Assembly: GCA_963739035.1 (NCBI GenBank)
Contig: CAVTYZ010000022.1
Coordinates: 57,334 to 121,333, forward strand
Reading direction: 5' to 3'
DNA: 64,000 bases
DNA from: an uncultured Acidobacteriota bacterium
GTDB lineage: Bacteria > Acidobacteriota > Vicinamibacteria > Vicinamibacterales > SCN-69-37
The notes beneath the pieces were generated by a model, which worked only from the letters and a program-made list of their open reading frames with translations, searched no databases and was not told where the DNA came from. A program made the position numbers and the translations under genes. Positions 50,601 through 61,422 of this stretch are shown piece by piece. Within the stretch, counting starts at the first letter, position 1. The number at the start of each line of letters is the position of its first letter.

Positions 50601-52012
50601 AAGCTGTCCAGAAATCCGCTCTCGTCCAGTTCGCGCATCAAGCTGTCGTCGTAGAAACTCTCGGGAGTGTGCCGGCGCATCTCGCTGGAGTCGTAGAACT
50701 CCATCGCCTTCTTGATGCCGTCGTAACACGGAAAGGGTTTGCGAGGAAAAGACTCTCCTCGGTCATAGATTGCGTCAGCGAGTTCAGTCACCCATGTTGC
50801 CGTTCCACTTCGCCATGGTCTGACGCGCGAGTTCGGGGTTCCGATGGAAGAGCGCGAAACCTTCCGCCGAGGCTTTCAGAAAACGGAGCGCCACGTCGCG
50901 GTGCCCTGGGACTTTCAACCAGTCCAGGTCGACGAGAACACTGTTGCCTGCTATCGGGTCGTTCCAGTCGAGGGTGTCCGCGAGGATCGGATAGCCTTCC
51001 GCCTGAAGCTCAGCGAGGTTGCGCTCCTCAGCGACGATCGCGTCCACGACTCCGGTCCTCAAGGATTCCGCATCGCGACCGAATTGCAGAATCGAGATGT
51101 CGAGGTCAGGATCCCATCCCATCCGTCGTGCCAGCAGTTGTGCGACAAACGTGGTCGTTGACCGCTGGAGATTGACGCCGAGTCGTTTGCCTTTGAGATC
51201 TTCCAACCGCTCGAAGCCCCCGCTTTCCGACAATGAGCGATACGGGCCGTGCAGTCGCCACCGGCTAAGGCAATCATCGGCGGAAAATTCGCCTCCGTCA
51301 CCATTCGGTACATGATCGGCGAATGACCGTCGACGAGAATGTCAGGACGCGCGGGCCGATTGAACTGGCTCGCTGAAATTTCGCTCTCGCCTTCCGCCGG
51401 CGGTATCCACAGGGAAACATTCAGACCGTATTTTTCGAAGATCCCTTGGTCCATGGCGATCACGAACGGGACTTTGCTCAGTGCCCGCGCGTTGCCGAAG
51501 ACCACCTGCACCGGGATCCCGCCAGACGCCTTCTGACTCCACAACCCAGTGATACCGAGGATGAGAACGGCGTGAATCACGAAGCCGTAGGCTCGCCGCC
51601 GTTGCAGCACGATCGGCAACACGGCGAGCGAAACGGCAAGGAACATCGACAGCGCCGCGACCGTCGCCGCTGCGGGAATGTCAGGGCGAAAGCTCAGAAG
51701 GGCGAGTGCGAGTCCGTAGACGCTGGCTCCTGCGACTATGACATCCAGCACCCCGCGCAGCGTTCTTTCGGCCGCACCAAAGCGACCACGAGTTGCCAGG
51801 CCGAGGTATGCGGCCCCCATCGCGAGGACGAAAGGCATCCAAGTCAGCGGCACAGAGGCCACCGATTCGCCCCACTGGTAGTAGGCGGGAACGGCCAGAA
51901 CGATCGCCAGGCCGAGGGCGTGCCAGATCGTCCAGAAAAGCGGACGGCCTGATGGCGTGTCGTGCTTTGGAGAGTTTGGAGAGTGAGATATCACGCCGGC
52001 AACCCGCGTCAA
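50591..52012 (-). CDS. Multi-TM N-terminus fused to NMT1/SsuA-type substrate-binding domain (frameshifts)
   Basis: About 5 hydrophobic helices, then VPFVIAMDQGIFEKYGLNV, LEDLKGKRLGV, FLKASAEG, YDDSLMRELDESGFLDSLY. Confidence 0.7.
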
Positions 52013-52086
52013 TTCACCCGAGCTGTGCGTGTGGAAGGGCTCGAGGCCGAGCGCCTCAAGCCTTCCATGACTGATTGCGCAGGAGA

Positions 52087-52293
52087 CTACTTCAATCTGC
52101 GACGCGCGCGCAGCCAGAGCATGCCCCCGCCCAGCAGCGCAAGGCCTGCCGACAGCGACGCGCCGCTGATCTCCGGTGCTACGCCAGCGACCAGTGTTTC
52201 AGCGGCGAGCGGCGTTCCGAAAGCCACCATCGCCACAACGGCCACTACTAAGCCCAAGCTCACTCGTTTGACCAAGTCGCTGATTCCTCGCAT
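52087..52293 (-). CDS. 68-aa secreted mini-protein with PEP-CTERM/VPEID-CTERM-like tail
   Basis: GAGGAG SD; MRGISDLVKRVSLGLVVAVVAMVAFGTPLAA-ETLVAGV-APEISGASLSAGLALLGGGMLWLRARRRLK. Confidence 0.75.
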   Translation of the reverse strand: MRGISDLVKRVSLGLVVAVVAMVAFGTPLAAETLVAGVAPEISGASLSAGLALLGGGMLWLRARRRLK

Positions 52294-52414
52294 ACCACGC
52301 TCCTCGCTGTCGAACAGCAGGGCTAAGACCCTAACAACCATCGTCCCGTGGCCAGCACGTGCGCCTGGAAATCGTTCGAAGCGTCGCGGGCGAGAAGTGC
52401 AGAGGCCCTTGCTT

Positions 52415-52430
52415 AGCAACTGGCGTGCCG
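52415..52430 (-). promoter_or_regulatory. sigma54 (-24/-12) promoter
   Basis: Minus strand CGGCACG-CCAG-TTGCT about 120 nt upstream of the mini-protein ATG. Confidence 0.7.
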
Positions 52431-52560
52431 TTCACGACACGATTGCCGATTCGTCCATGAGCGGACCGGCTATGGGAATAAGTCGGCCTGAGGCTGACTT
52501 TGGTCCCCTGCGCGGGAACCGTGACAGACGAACGGCCCGCCCAGAACGAGCTCGGACACC

Positions 52561-53409
52561 TCAGCTGTCATACGTGTAGCCTCGAAGAAATGCGTAGCGA
52601 GCTTGCCGGGCCTCGATGCTCGCACGCTGGTCCGCGGTATAGCCCGCCTTCGTCCGACTCCTCGAAGGCGACGCAAAGACGATCCTGGCGCAGTCGGCGA
52701 GGTAGGACCGCGACGGAACGATCCCGACGAACTGGCACATCCCCTGAAGACTTTCGACCGGTGCGGCGATCAGGTCCTCGTGTCGCAGGTGCAGCACCTC
52801 CGACGAATCGCAGCGCCGCAAGGTCCCCGCGACCGCGTCGCACAGCGAAAAATACGTCCGCGCGGCCTCTTCGACGGACCAGGACCGGCGCGCCGCGATC
52901 GTGGCGATATTGTCGAACGGGTTGCGCGTCACATGGATCACACGAAGAGGGACCTCGACCGTACGTCGCAGGCGCTCGAGTAGTGCCGGGTTTTGGCCGA
53001 GTCGGCGGGCGGTGCCGGCACCCTTCTTGTCGCCGATGACACGCAGACCTTCCGTGCGGCCCTGAGACTGATTGGGAATCGTGTAGGAATATCCCGTCCA
53101 CTCGCAGCCTCGGCGGCAGAACCACCGGTCGCGGTCGACGAGCAGCGAAAACAGGGCGTCGCGCCCGAACCCCATGTCCACGTACTGCAGCGCGTCCAGT
53201 TCGTGCGCGATCAGGGCGTTCGGATGCGCGTTGAGCATGGCGCCGGGCAGCGTGTGGCCGCTGCGCGGATATCCGAGAAACAGACAGAAGCGTTCGACGC
53301 CGGCGAAATCCGCGCGACGCCTCGCCGCACCGATGATCGCGCGCGGGTAGTCCGCGTAGCCCAGGACGAGCTGCGCTCCTCGGATAACCGCACGGCGAAT
53401 CGATCGCAC
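52561..53409 (-). CDS. PAPS-dependent sulfotransferase family protein
   Basis: 5'-PSB-like GYPRSGHT..G.MLNAHP, GDK, 3'-PB-like IHVTRNPFD, LRHEDL. Confidence 0.85.
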   Translation of the reverse strand: MRSIRRAVIRGAQLVLGYADYPRAIIGAARRRADFAGVERFCLFLGYPRSGHTLPGAMLNAHPNALIAHELDALQYVDMGFGRDALFSLLVDRDRWFCRRGCEWTGYSYTIPNQSQGRTEGLRVIGDKKGAGTARRLGQNPALLERLRRTVEVPLRVIHVTRNPFDNIATIAARRSWSVEEAARTYFSLCDAVAGTLRRCDSSEVLHLRHEDLIAAPVESLQGMCQFVGIVPSRSYLADCARIVFASPSRSRTKAGYTADQRASIEARQARYAFLRGYTYDS

Positions 53410-53493
53410 CAGCTGTGGACGATACCTCAGCTGCGGACCTGCCGGACCAACCGTGTCAGGCGGTCGCTGACGTCCGCTCGTGTCGGATGTTTT

Positions 53494-54642
53494 TCACCGC
53501 TGATCCCGTGGTACGACCTGCTGGGGGTAGGAGGGTCCGGTGTACTCCATCCTCGGCCGTATCAGCCGGTTGTTCGCGTACTGCTCGAGGACGTGCGCGG
53601 TCCATCCGGAAACGCGGCTGACGGCGAAGACGGGCGTGTAGAGATCGATCGGAATCCCCAGCGCGTAGAACGTCGACGCCGAGTAGAAGTCCACATTGGC
53701 GTTCAGCTTCTTCTCGGCCTTCACGACAGCTTCGATGCGTTGTGACATCTCGAACCACTGCGGTTCGCCTGAGATTTCGCCGAGCGTTTTCGAGAAGCGC
53801 CGGAGATGGGTCGCACGCGGGTCTTCCGTGTGATACACGCGGTGTCCGAATCCGGCGATTTTCTCCTTGCGCCGAGCTTCGCGCGCACGACGGCCTCGGC
53901 GCGGTCCGGTCCCGCGTCGCGTCCGATCTCGATCAGCATCCGCATGACGTCAGCATTCGCGCCACCGTGAAGCGGTCCTTTGAGCGCGCGCGACACCGGC
54001 GACGATCGCCGAGTGCATATCGGACAACGTCGCCGCGACAACGCGGGCCGCAAACGTCGAGGCGTTGAGCTCGTGGTCGGCGTGCAGAATCAGCGACACG
54101 TCGAACGCGCGTGTGGCCACGGCGGAAGGCCGGTCGCCGGTCAGCATGTACAGAAAGTTCGCCGCGTGACCGAGGACCGGGTCCGGATCGATGGGACCGC
54201 CACCGGCGCCCAACCGTCCCCAGGCCGCCACGAGCGCGCTGATCTGCCCGGTGAGTCGAACTGCCTTCCGGTAGTTCGCCTGCGGCCTGTGATCCGCGGC
54301 CTCGGCATCGCTGTGCGCCAATATCGATGTCAGCGTGCGGAGCGCCTCCATGCCGTCAACCCGCGGCAGCGACCGCATCGCGCGAACGACGCCGTCGGGC
54401 AGAATCCGGGCCGCGGCGAGGGCGGTCTGGAGATCGCCAAGCTCGGCGCGACTTGGCAAGCGTCCGTGCCAGAGGAGGTAGCAGACCTCCTCGAACGTCA
54501 CGCCACGCTCTGCGTCCGCCAGGTCATGAATGTCGTAGCCCTGGTACGCGAGGATGCCGCGGTCGCCATCGAGATAACAGATGGCGGAGGTGCCGACGAC
54601 AACATCCTCCAACCCGGCCTTGGCCTTTTGTTCAGTGGTCAT
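53494..54642 (-). CDS. gltA: Citrate synthase (frameshifts near 53990 and 53865)
   Basis: GLEDV, LHADHELNASTF, LKGPLHGGAN, GFGHRVY, NVDFYS, R.SGW.AH. Confidence 0.93.
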
Positions 54643-54723
54643 GTGGGACCCACGCCCGTCCGCGCAGTCTGCGACCTCGTTGAGATGTGATCGGATTCTA
54701 TGCGGAAACGGCGGGGCGCGGGC

Positions 54724-56223
54724 TTACTTGCCGCCGGCGATCTGCGGCGCCTTCATGAGCACGTCGTCGTCGCGGAACTGCTGGACGATCGACACGAGAC
54801 CCATGTAGAGGTAGCCGAACTGAAACAGCACGAGAAACGGCAGTGTGCCGTAGATGCCATACGCCAGCGCGTAGAAGACCGTCGCGGTGAAATACAGGCC
54901 GAGCGCGAGCTCGACGAACGGCTGGATGGGCATCGACTGGTGGTAGCGCTTGTGCTGCCAATCGTCCTGGCGGCGCTCGATACCGTACTTCGGCGTGCGC
55001 GTGAACTCGCCGGGCGCGCCGAAGAGCGCTTCGAGCACGGCTTTCGCGTTGTTCACGGACAGCCCGATGCCAATCGCCATGACCACGGGCAAATACCGAA
55101 TCCGGCTGCGCCAGTCGGGATAGGTCTCTCGCTGGCTCATCATGTAGAAGTTGAACACCGAGAACGTCGCCGCCGCGAAGAGCGGGATGTCGATGAGCAG
55201 CATTTCGGTCCAGCCCATCTCGTAGCGCACGATCATCGCCGGGAACATCAGCACCGAGAGCACGATCATCAGCAGGTAGTTGAAGTTCGCCGTCAGGTGA
55301 AAAAACGCCTCCGCCTTGACCTTCAGCGGCAGGTCGGCGAGCAGAACGTACGGCAAGACCTTGCGGCACGTCTGAATGGAACCTTTCGCCCAGCGGTGCT
55401 GCTGCGACTTGAACGCGTTCATCTCGACCGGAACTTCCGCGGGCGTGACGAGGTCGGGCAGGAACTTGAACTTCCAGCCGCGCAGCTGCGCCCGGTAGCT
55501 GAGGTCGAGGTCCTCGGTCAGCGTGTCGTGCTGCCAGCCGCCGGCATCGACGATGGCCTCGCGCCGCCAGACGCCGGCCGTGCCATTGAAGTTGAAGAAG
55601 CAGCCCGCGCGGTTGCGGCCGCCATGCTCGAGCACGAAATGCCCGTCGAGCAGGATCGCCTGGACCTTCGTGAGCAGTGAGTAGTTCTGGTTCAGATGCC
55701 CCCAGCGCGCCTGCACGACCGCCAGCCGCGCATCGCGGAAGTACGGCACGGTCCGTCGCAGGAAGTCGCTCGGCGGGGTGAAGTCGGCGTCGAAGATCGC
55801 GACGAACTCCCCGCGCGCAGACTGAAGTCCGGCTTCGAGCGCGCCGGCTTTGTAACCAACGCGATTCGTCCGATGGATGTACTTGATGTCGAACCCGCGG
55901 GCGGCCTGGCGGCGCACGGCGAGCTCGGCGATTTCCCGCGTCTCGTCGGTGGAATCATCGAGAACCTGAATCTCGAGGAGCTCGAGCGGGTAGTCGATGG
56001 CGCAGACCGAGTCCACAAGCCGATCGACGACGTACATCTCGTTGTAAATAGGCAGCTGGATGGTGACGACCGGCCACTCACTGACGGGTGGTGGCGGGCC
56101 CGGGACCTGATCCTTGTACTTCATGTACTGGTAGACGATGAAGTAGCGGTGCCACCCGTAGATGCCGAGGATACTGAGGACGAAGAAGTAGGAAACTAAG
56201 GTCAGCGTCTCGGGTGTGGTCAT
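54724..56223 (-). CDS. GT2 processive glycosyltransferase (cellulose-synthase-like family)
   Basis: QLPIYNE, DDSTD, GYKAGAL, FDAD, FNGTAG, TED, QQHRW, C-terminal TMs. Confidence 0.92.
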   Translation of the reverse strand: MTTPETLTLVSYFFVLSILGIYGWHRYFIVYQYMKYKDQVPGPPPPVSEWPVVTIQLPIYNEMYVVDRLVDSVCAIDYPLELLEIQVLDDSTDETREIAELAVRRQAARGFDIKYIHRTNRVGYKAGALEAGLQSARGEFVAIFDADFTPPSDFLRRTVPYFRDARLAVVQARWGHLNQNYSLLTKVQAILLDGHFVLEHGGRNRAGCFFNFNGTAGVWRREAIVDAGGWQHDTLTEDLDLSYRAQLRGWKFKFLPDLVTPAEVPVEMNAFKSQQHRWAKGSIQTCRKVLPYVLLADLPLKVKAEAFFHLTANFNYLLMIVLSVLMFPAMIVRYEMGWTEMLLIDIPLFAAATFSVFNFYMMSQRETYPDWRSRIRYLPVVMAIGIGLSVNNAKAVLEALFGAPGEFTRTPKYGIERRQDDWQHKRYHQSMPIQPFVELALGLYFTATVFYALAYGIYGTLPFLVLFQFGYLYMGLVSIVQQFRDDDVLMKAPQIAGGK

Positions 56224-56293
56224 AGAATGGGCCACGGAACCACGTGCACAACACGCAATTCTAGGAAGCTCGTCTCCATTGAGTCAACCAGCC

Positions 56294-57100
56294 GTGCCTG
56301 AACCCGACGCCGCGTCTCATCGCTCATTGGCCTCGTTGGGGGCCTCGTTGGGCTCCCTGCGCGCGATCCTCGACGCCGTCGCGGCCGGCGAACTGAGCGC
56401 CGCTGACGCCGAGCGTCTGGCCTTGACCGACCTGGCGGGCGCCGCCATCGAAGACCTGACGTTCGCCCGTGTCGACCACACCCGCGCACGACGACAGGGA
56501 TTCCCGGAAGTGATCTTCGGACAAGGCAAAACCGCCGATCAAATCTCCCGGATTGCCCACGCCATCGTCTTGCGTGGACACAGCCTGCTCATCACCCGGA
56601 CGGATCGCGCCGCGTACGGCGAAGTAGCGAAACTCGTGCCGGACGCCCATTTCCACGAACAGGCCCGGATCATCGAGCGCCGAGTCGACGTGCCGCGTGG
56701 TAAGGGCATTGTAATGGTAGCGGCGGCGGGAACTTCTGACATACCCGTGGCAGAGGAAGCGGCGATCTCCGCCGACGTGATGGGCAACGATGTCGACCGG
56801 CTTTACGACGTCGGGGTTGCCGGCATTCACCGGCTCCTGGCCGAACGCCCGCGCATCGACAAGGCTCGCGTCATCATCGTGGTGGCCGGCATGGAGGGCG
56901 CGCTCGCCAGCGTGGTGGGCGGCTTGGTGAGTGCACCGGTCATCGCCGTGCCGACCAGTGTCGGCTATGGTGCGAGCTTCGGCGGCATCGCGGCGCTGCT
57001 CGCCATGCTGAACTCCTGCGCGACCGGCGTGTCGGTGGTCAACATCGACAACGGGTTTGGCGCGGCCGCGATTGCCAGTGCGATAAATCACCTCGATTGA
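56294..57100 (+). CDS. larB: Nickel-pincer cofactor biosynthesis protein LarB family (start uncertain)
   Basis: [59 protein letters not shown]. Confidence 0.92.
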   Translation: MPEPDAASHRSLASLGASLGSLRAILDAVAAGELSAADAERLALTDLAGAAIEDLTFARVDHTRARRQGFPEVIFGQGKTADQISRIAHAIVLRGHSLLITRTDRAAYGEVAKLVPDAHFHEQARIIERRVDVPRGKGIVMVAAAGTSDIPVAEEAAISADVMGNDVDRLYDVGVAGIHRLLAERPRIDKARVIIVVAGMEGALASVVGGLVSAPVIAVPTSVGYGASFGGIAALLAMLNSCATGVSVVNIDNGFGAAAIASAINHLD

Positions 57101-57151
57101 CGCGTACCGTGCCATAATCATGGGCTCCCCCCGGTCTCCCGGGGCACCCCC

Positions 57152-59617
57152 ATGCACGCTGCAGTCTTTCGAGCCCTGGAGTTCGACCAGGTGCGCGAGG
57201 CCCTGGCCGAGGTCGCGCTGACGCCGCTTGGCCACGCGCGCGCGCTGGATCTGGCGCCGGCCACCGACCCGGACGAGGTCGAAGCCCGTCTGGCCCTGAC
57301 CTCCGAGGCGGTGGCCTTCCTCAAGCAGGGTGGTTCGCTCGCTCTTCGCGCGCCGGCCGATCTCGAATCCACGCTCGCGGCACTGGACGTCGAAGGCCAG
57401 CCGCTCGAGCCACGCCAGCTCACCGGACTCGCTGAGCTTCTGGACTCGATCGACACGGTCGCGTCGGCCGTTCGTCGATCGGTCGGACCCGACGGTCCGT
57501 CGGGGTTGGCCGAGATCGCGGCACGCGCCGCGTCGTTCGCGAACGAGACCGCCGCCGTCCGGCGCGCGATCGATGACGCCGGCGACGTGGTGGACAGCGC
57601 GAGTCCCGCGCTGCGCGACATCCGTGAATCGCTCCGGCGGCAGCGCACGAAGCTTCGGTCAACGCTCGACACGCTGACGCGGGGACGCGATACCGCAAAG
57701 TACCTGCAGGATCAGATCGTCACCGATCGCAACGGACGCTATGTGGTCGTCGTTCGCGCCGAGCATCGCGACGCGATTCCGGGCATCGTGCACGGCGCGT
57801 CAACGAGCGGCGCGAGCGTGTATCTCGAGCCGTTGTCGACGGTCTCGCTCAACAACGAGATCGTCACGCTGTCCGACCGTGAGCTGGCGGAAGTCCGCCG
57901 GATTCTTCGGGCGCTGACGGACGCTTTTCGTGCGCGCGCGGAGGAACTGTCGAGCACGCTCGATGCCGCGGCCGAGCTCGACGAGCTGTACGCGAAGACC
58001 GAGATCGCGAGGCGTGTGCAGGGCCGCGCGCCGGCGGTCGCCCGCGACGGCCGCCTCGAATTCCGCGGGGCACGCCATCCACTCTTGATTCCCGCGATTC
58101 GCGAACTGACCGAGGGCACGACGCTGCGCGATGCGGTCGTCGTCGGCTCGGACCTGGTTCTCGTGCCGCCAGCCCGAGTGCTGGTCATCTCCGGACCCAA
58201 CACGGGCGGCAAAACGGTGGCCCTGAAGGCCGTCGGCCTCCTCGCGCTGATGGCCCAGTCCGGTCTGCTGATCCCGGTCGAAGCGGGCAGCTGCTTCACG
58301 CCGTTCAAGACGGTCTTCGCGGACATCGGCGACGAACAGTCGATCTCCGCGAGCCTGAGTACGTTCTCCGGCCACATCGCCAACATTGTCGCGATGGATC
58401 GCGCGTTCGATCCGCCGGCGCTCGTGCTGCTCGACGAAGTCGGGAGCGGAACGGACCCGGCCGAGGGGGGCGCGCTGGGAACGGCGATCCTCGATCATTT
58501 CCGCCGGCGTGGCGCGACGGTCGTGGCGACGACCCACGACGATGCGCTGAAGTCGTACGCGGTGACGACGGAGGGCGCTGTCACGGCCGGATTCGGATTC
58601 GATCCTGACACGTACGCGCCGACCTACCGCCTCCTCTATGGCGCGCCGGGCCGCAGCCTGGCGTTCGAGATCGCGGAACGATTGGGCATGCCCGCCACCG
58701 TGGTCGCCGACGCGCGATCCCGCCGGTCGGATCGAGAGTCGCAGCTGGCGGCGCACCTCGCGCGAGTCGATCAGGAACTTGCTGCCATCGAACGCGAGCG
58801 TCAGTCCGTCGCCGGCGAGCGTGATGACGTCGCGCGCGAGCGGGAACGGCTCCTCGAGCGCGAAGGGCGGTTGGCCGAGCGCGAGGCCGTCGTCAAGCGG
58901 CGGCTCGACGACCGTCTGAACGACACGCTTCGGGAGGCTCGAGCGGAAGTCGATCGTGTCGTGGGCAGTCTGAAGCAGCGCGCCCATGCCCTGGCCAATG
59001 CCGTGGAGGCACCCTCGTCTCGTCCCCGGCTTTCGACCGGGGACGTCGGAACGCTGCGGTCGGATGCCCGCACGGCACTCGGCGCCATTGCCGATCGCCT
59101 GCAGGACTCGGGGGCGCCGACGACCGACGACATGCGGTTCGACGACCTGCCTGCCGTTGGGGAGGCTGTCTTCGTCGCGACCGTCGGCGCCTCGGGCGTC
59201 GTGCGCGAAGCGTCCGGCAAGCACGTCGATGTCGACGTCCGCGGCAAGAGGATGCGCGTTCGGTTGGCGGACCTTCGGCGTCCTGACAAACGCGAGGCCG
59301 CCCCGCCCGTCAGAACGAAGCCGGTGCCGAAGGGCGGGATCACGGTTGCCATGGCGGCCGCCGACGCGCGGGCCAACCGTGAACTGGTCGTGATCGGCTC
59401 GACGGTGGATCAGGCGATCGACCGCGCCGAGAAGTTTCTGGATGATGCCCTCTTGTCAGACGAACGCCGGCTGCGAATCGTCCACGGTCATGGGACTGGA
59501 CGGCTTCGCGAAGCCCTGACAAAGTTCCTGCGCCAGCATCCACTCGTGCTCTCAACCTCCCCCGCGCCGGAGAACGAAGGCGGCGGTGGCGCGACGATCG
59601 TGGAGCTCAAGGAGTAA
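57152..59617 (+). CDS. mutS2: Endonuclease MutS2
   Basis: ISGPNTGGKT, DIGDEQSI..SLSTFS, LDEVGSGTDP, TTH, Smr domain IVHGHGTG.LR...GG.GATIV. Confidence 0.96.
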   Translation: MHAAVFRALEFDQVREALAEVALTPLGHARALDLAPATDPDEVEARLALTSEAVAFLKQGGSLALRAPADLESTLAALDVEGQPLEPRQLTGLAELLDSIDTVASAVRRSVGPDGPSGLAEIAARAASFANETAAVRRAIDDAGDVVDSASPALRDIRESLRRQRTKLRSTLDTLTRGRDTAKYLQDQIVTDRNGRYVVVVRAEHRDAIPGIVHGASTSGASVYLEPLSTVSLNNEIVTLSDRELAEVRRILRALTDAFRARAEELSSTLDAAAELDELYAKTEIARRVQGRAPAVARDGRLEFRGARHPLLIPAIRELTEGTTLRDAVVVGSDLVLVPPARVLVISGPNTGGKTVALKAVGLLALMAQSGLLIPVEAGSCFTPFKTVFADIGDEQSISASLSTFSGHIANIVAMDRAFDPPALVLLDEVGSGTDPAEGGALGTAILDHFRRRGATVVATTHDDALKSYAVTTEGAVTAGFGFDPDTYAPTYRLLYGAPGRSLAFEIAERLGMPATVVADARSRRSDRESQLAAHLARVDQELAAIERERQSVAGERDDVARERERLLEREGRLAEREAVVKRRLDDRLNDTLREARAEVDRVVGSLKQRAHALANAVEAPSSRPRLSTGDVGTLRSDARTALGAIADRLQDSGAPTTDDMRFDDLPAVGEAVFVATVGASGVVREASGKHVDVDVRGKRMRVRLADLRRPDKREAAPPVRTKPVPKGGITVAMAAADARANRELVVIGSTVDQAIDRAEKFLDDALLSDERRLRIVHGHGTGRLREALTKFLRQHPLVLSTSPAPENEGGGGATIVELKE

Positions 59618-59646
59618 GAAACCGGAAACCCGGTTTCATCGACACG

Positions 59647-61410
59647 ATGGCACTTTTCCCTCAGTCCTTCCTCGACGATCTCAAGACGCAGACAGACATC
59701 GTCTCGATCGTCAACGAGGTCGTTCCCCTGAAGAAGGCGGGCGCGACCTTGAAGGGACTGTGTCCGTTTCATCAGGAAAAATCTCCGTCGTTCACGGTCA
59801 ACCGCGACAAGGGAGTGTTCCACTGCTTCGGTTGCGGCGTCGGTGGAGACGTCGTCAAGTTCGTGCAGCTCTATCAGAAATCCACGTTCCCGGACGCCGT
59901 CCGTTATCTGGCTCAGCGGGCGGGCCTGCCGCTGCCCGAACTGGAAGGCAGCGCGGACGACCGGGCGGCCACCGCTGAGCGCGAAGCGCTGGTGGCGCTG
60001 CACGACGACGCGCTGGTCTTCTTCCAGGAGCAGCTGGCCACGCCGGCCGGAGCCAGGGCCCGGCGTGAGTTGGAAGCCAGGATGGTCTCGAACGAGACGA
60101 TGGCCTCGTTCCGGTATGGCTACGCACCGGCGGGAGGCCGGGACACCCTCGCGGCCCGATTCGCGTCAAACAAGGTGCCGCGTGAGCTGCAGCTTCGGAG
60201 CGGCCTCATCCAGGAGCGCGATGGCGGGCGACTGGCCGACCGGTTTCGACACCGCCTGATGATTCCGATCGCCAGGGATTCGGGTTCCGTCGTGGCCTTT
60301 GGCGGGCGCGCCCTGGACGAGGGGCAGGTGCCCAAATACCTGAACTCGCCGGAAACCCCCATTTATACGAAGGGGCGGACCCTCTACGGCCTCGACGTGA
60401 CGAAAGGGGCCATTCGGAAGCACAATTACTGTGTCCTGGTTGAGGGCTATTTCGACCTTGCGCAGGTGTGGCAGGCCGGGGTTCACCCCGTGGTGGCCGT
60501 TTCGGGTACCGCGTTGACCGCGACCCAGGCACGGCTCCTGAAGCGTTTTGCCACGAAAGTCGTCTTGAGTTTCGATCCCGATACGGCCGGGCAGAACGCG
60601 GCGGCCAGGTCGTCGGAGCTTCTCGTGGCCGAAGGGTTTCAGGTGAACGTGGCGTTACTGCCGGCCGGGAGCGACCCTGACGCGTTTATTCGACGTTCCG
60701 GCGGCCAGGCGTATGTGGAACGGCTCAGGACGTCTCGACCATATCTTGATTTCCTGCTCGATCGGGCTGCGGCGGGCTTGGACCTTGGGCGCTCGGACCA
60801 TCGTAAGAAGTTTCTGGACGGCATGCTGACCGTCGCGGCGACGATCCCCGATGCGGCGGCCCGGGACCAGTTCGCGGACCGGCTCGCCCACAAGGCGCGC
60901 ATTACGGAATCGGTGATCAGGGACGAGATCCGGAAGACAGCCGGTCAGCGAAAGACCGTCGCGCCGGCCTCCGCCGTCCCGGCCGTGGCGAGGGTCCGAA
61001 TGGCCGAGCAGGGGCTGCTCTGGGCGCTGATTCATCGTCCGGTCGAGGGCCTGGCGGCGGTGGCCCAGCTCGAGGCGGAGGACCTCGAAGGTCTGGTTGC
61101 GGCACCGATATTGCGGCTGGCGGCGGGCCTGTTGGACATGCCGCCCGACATGCTCCCGGAGTTGCTCCGCGAGCGTCTAAGTGAGGGTGAGCGGGCCATG
61201 CTCGACCGGGCGGCCGCCGCCCCGGCCGAGGCCGCTTCTGCCGCCGACTGTGTCGGCGCCTTTCGTCGTCTCCGGGTAGACCGCGAACGTGCTGCCGTCC
61301 AGGACGAAATCGACCAGCTTCAGGAGCGCTCCGAGATTACCGACGGCGCGCTCATGACGCTGTGGGAACGCAAGAAGGAGCTGCTCCGGCGGCTCGAAGA
61401 ATTGAATTAA
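59647..61410 (+). CDS. dnaG: DNA primase
   Basis: CPFH.EKSPSF..FHCFGC, KYLNSPET, VEGYFD, FDPDTAG, DPD. Confidence 0.97.
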   Translation: MALFPQSFLDDLKTQTDIVSIVNEVVPLKKAGATLKGLCPFHQEKSPSFTVNRDKGVFHCFGCGVGGDVVKFVQLYQKSTFPDAVRYLAQRAGLPLPELEGSADDRAATAEREALVALHDDALVFFQEQLATPAGARARRELEARMVSNETMASFRYGYAPAGGRDTLAARFASNKVPRELQLRSGLIQERDGGRLADRFRHRLMIPIARDSGSVVAFGGRALDEGQVPKYLNSPETPIYTKGRTLYGLDVTKGAIRKHNYCVLVEGYFDLAQVWQAGVHPVVAVSGTALTATQARLLKRFATKVVLSFDPDTAGQNAAARSSELLVAEGFQVNVALLPAGSDPDAFIRRSGGQAYVERLRTSRPYLDFLLDRAAAGLDLGRSDHRKKFLDGMLTVAATIPDAAARDQFADRLAHKARITESVIRDEIRKTAGQRKTVAPASAVPAVARVRMAEQGLLWALIHRPVEGLAAVAQLEAEDLEGLVAAPILRLAAGLLDMPPDMLPELLRERLSEGERAMLDRAAAAPAEAASAADCVGAFRRLRVDRERAAVQDEIDQLQERSEITDGALMTLWERKKELLRRLEELN

Positions 61411-61422
61411 GGAGACGACGCC

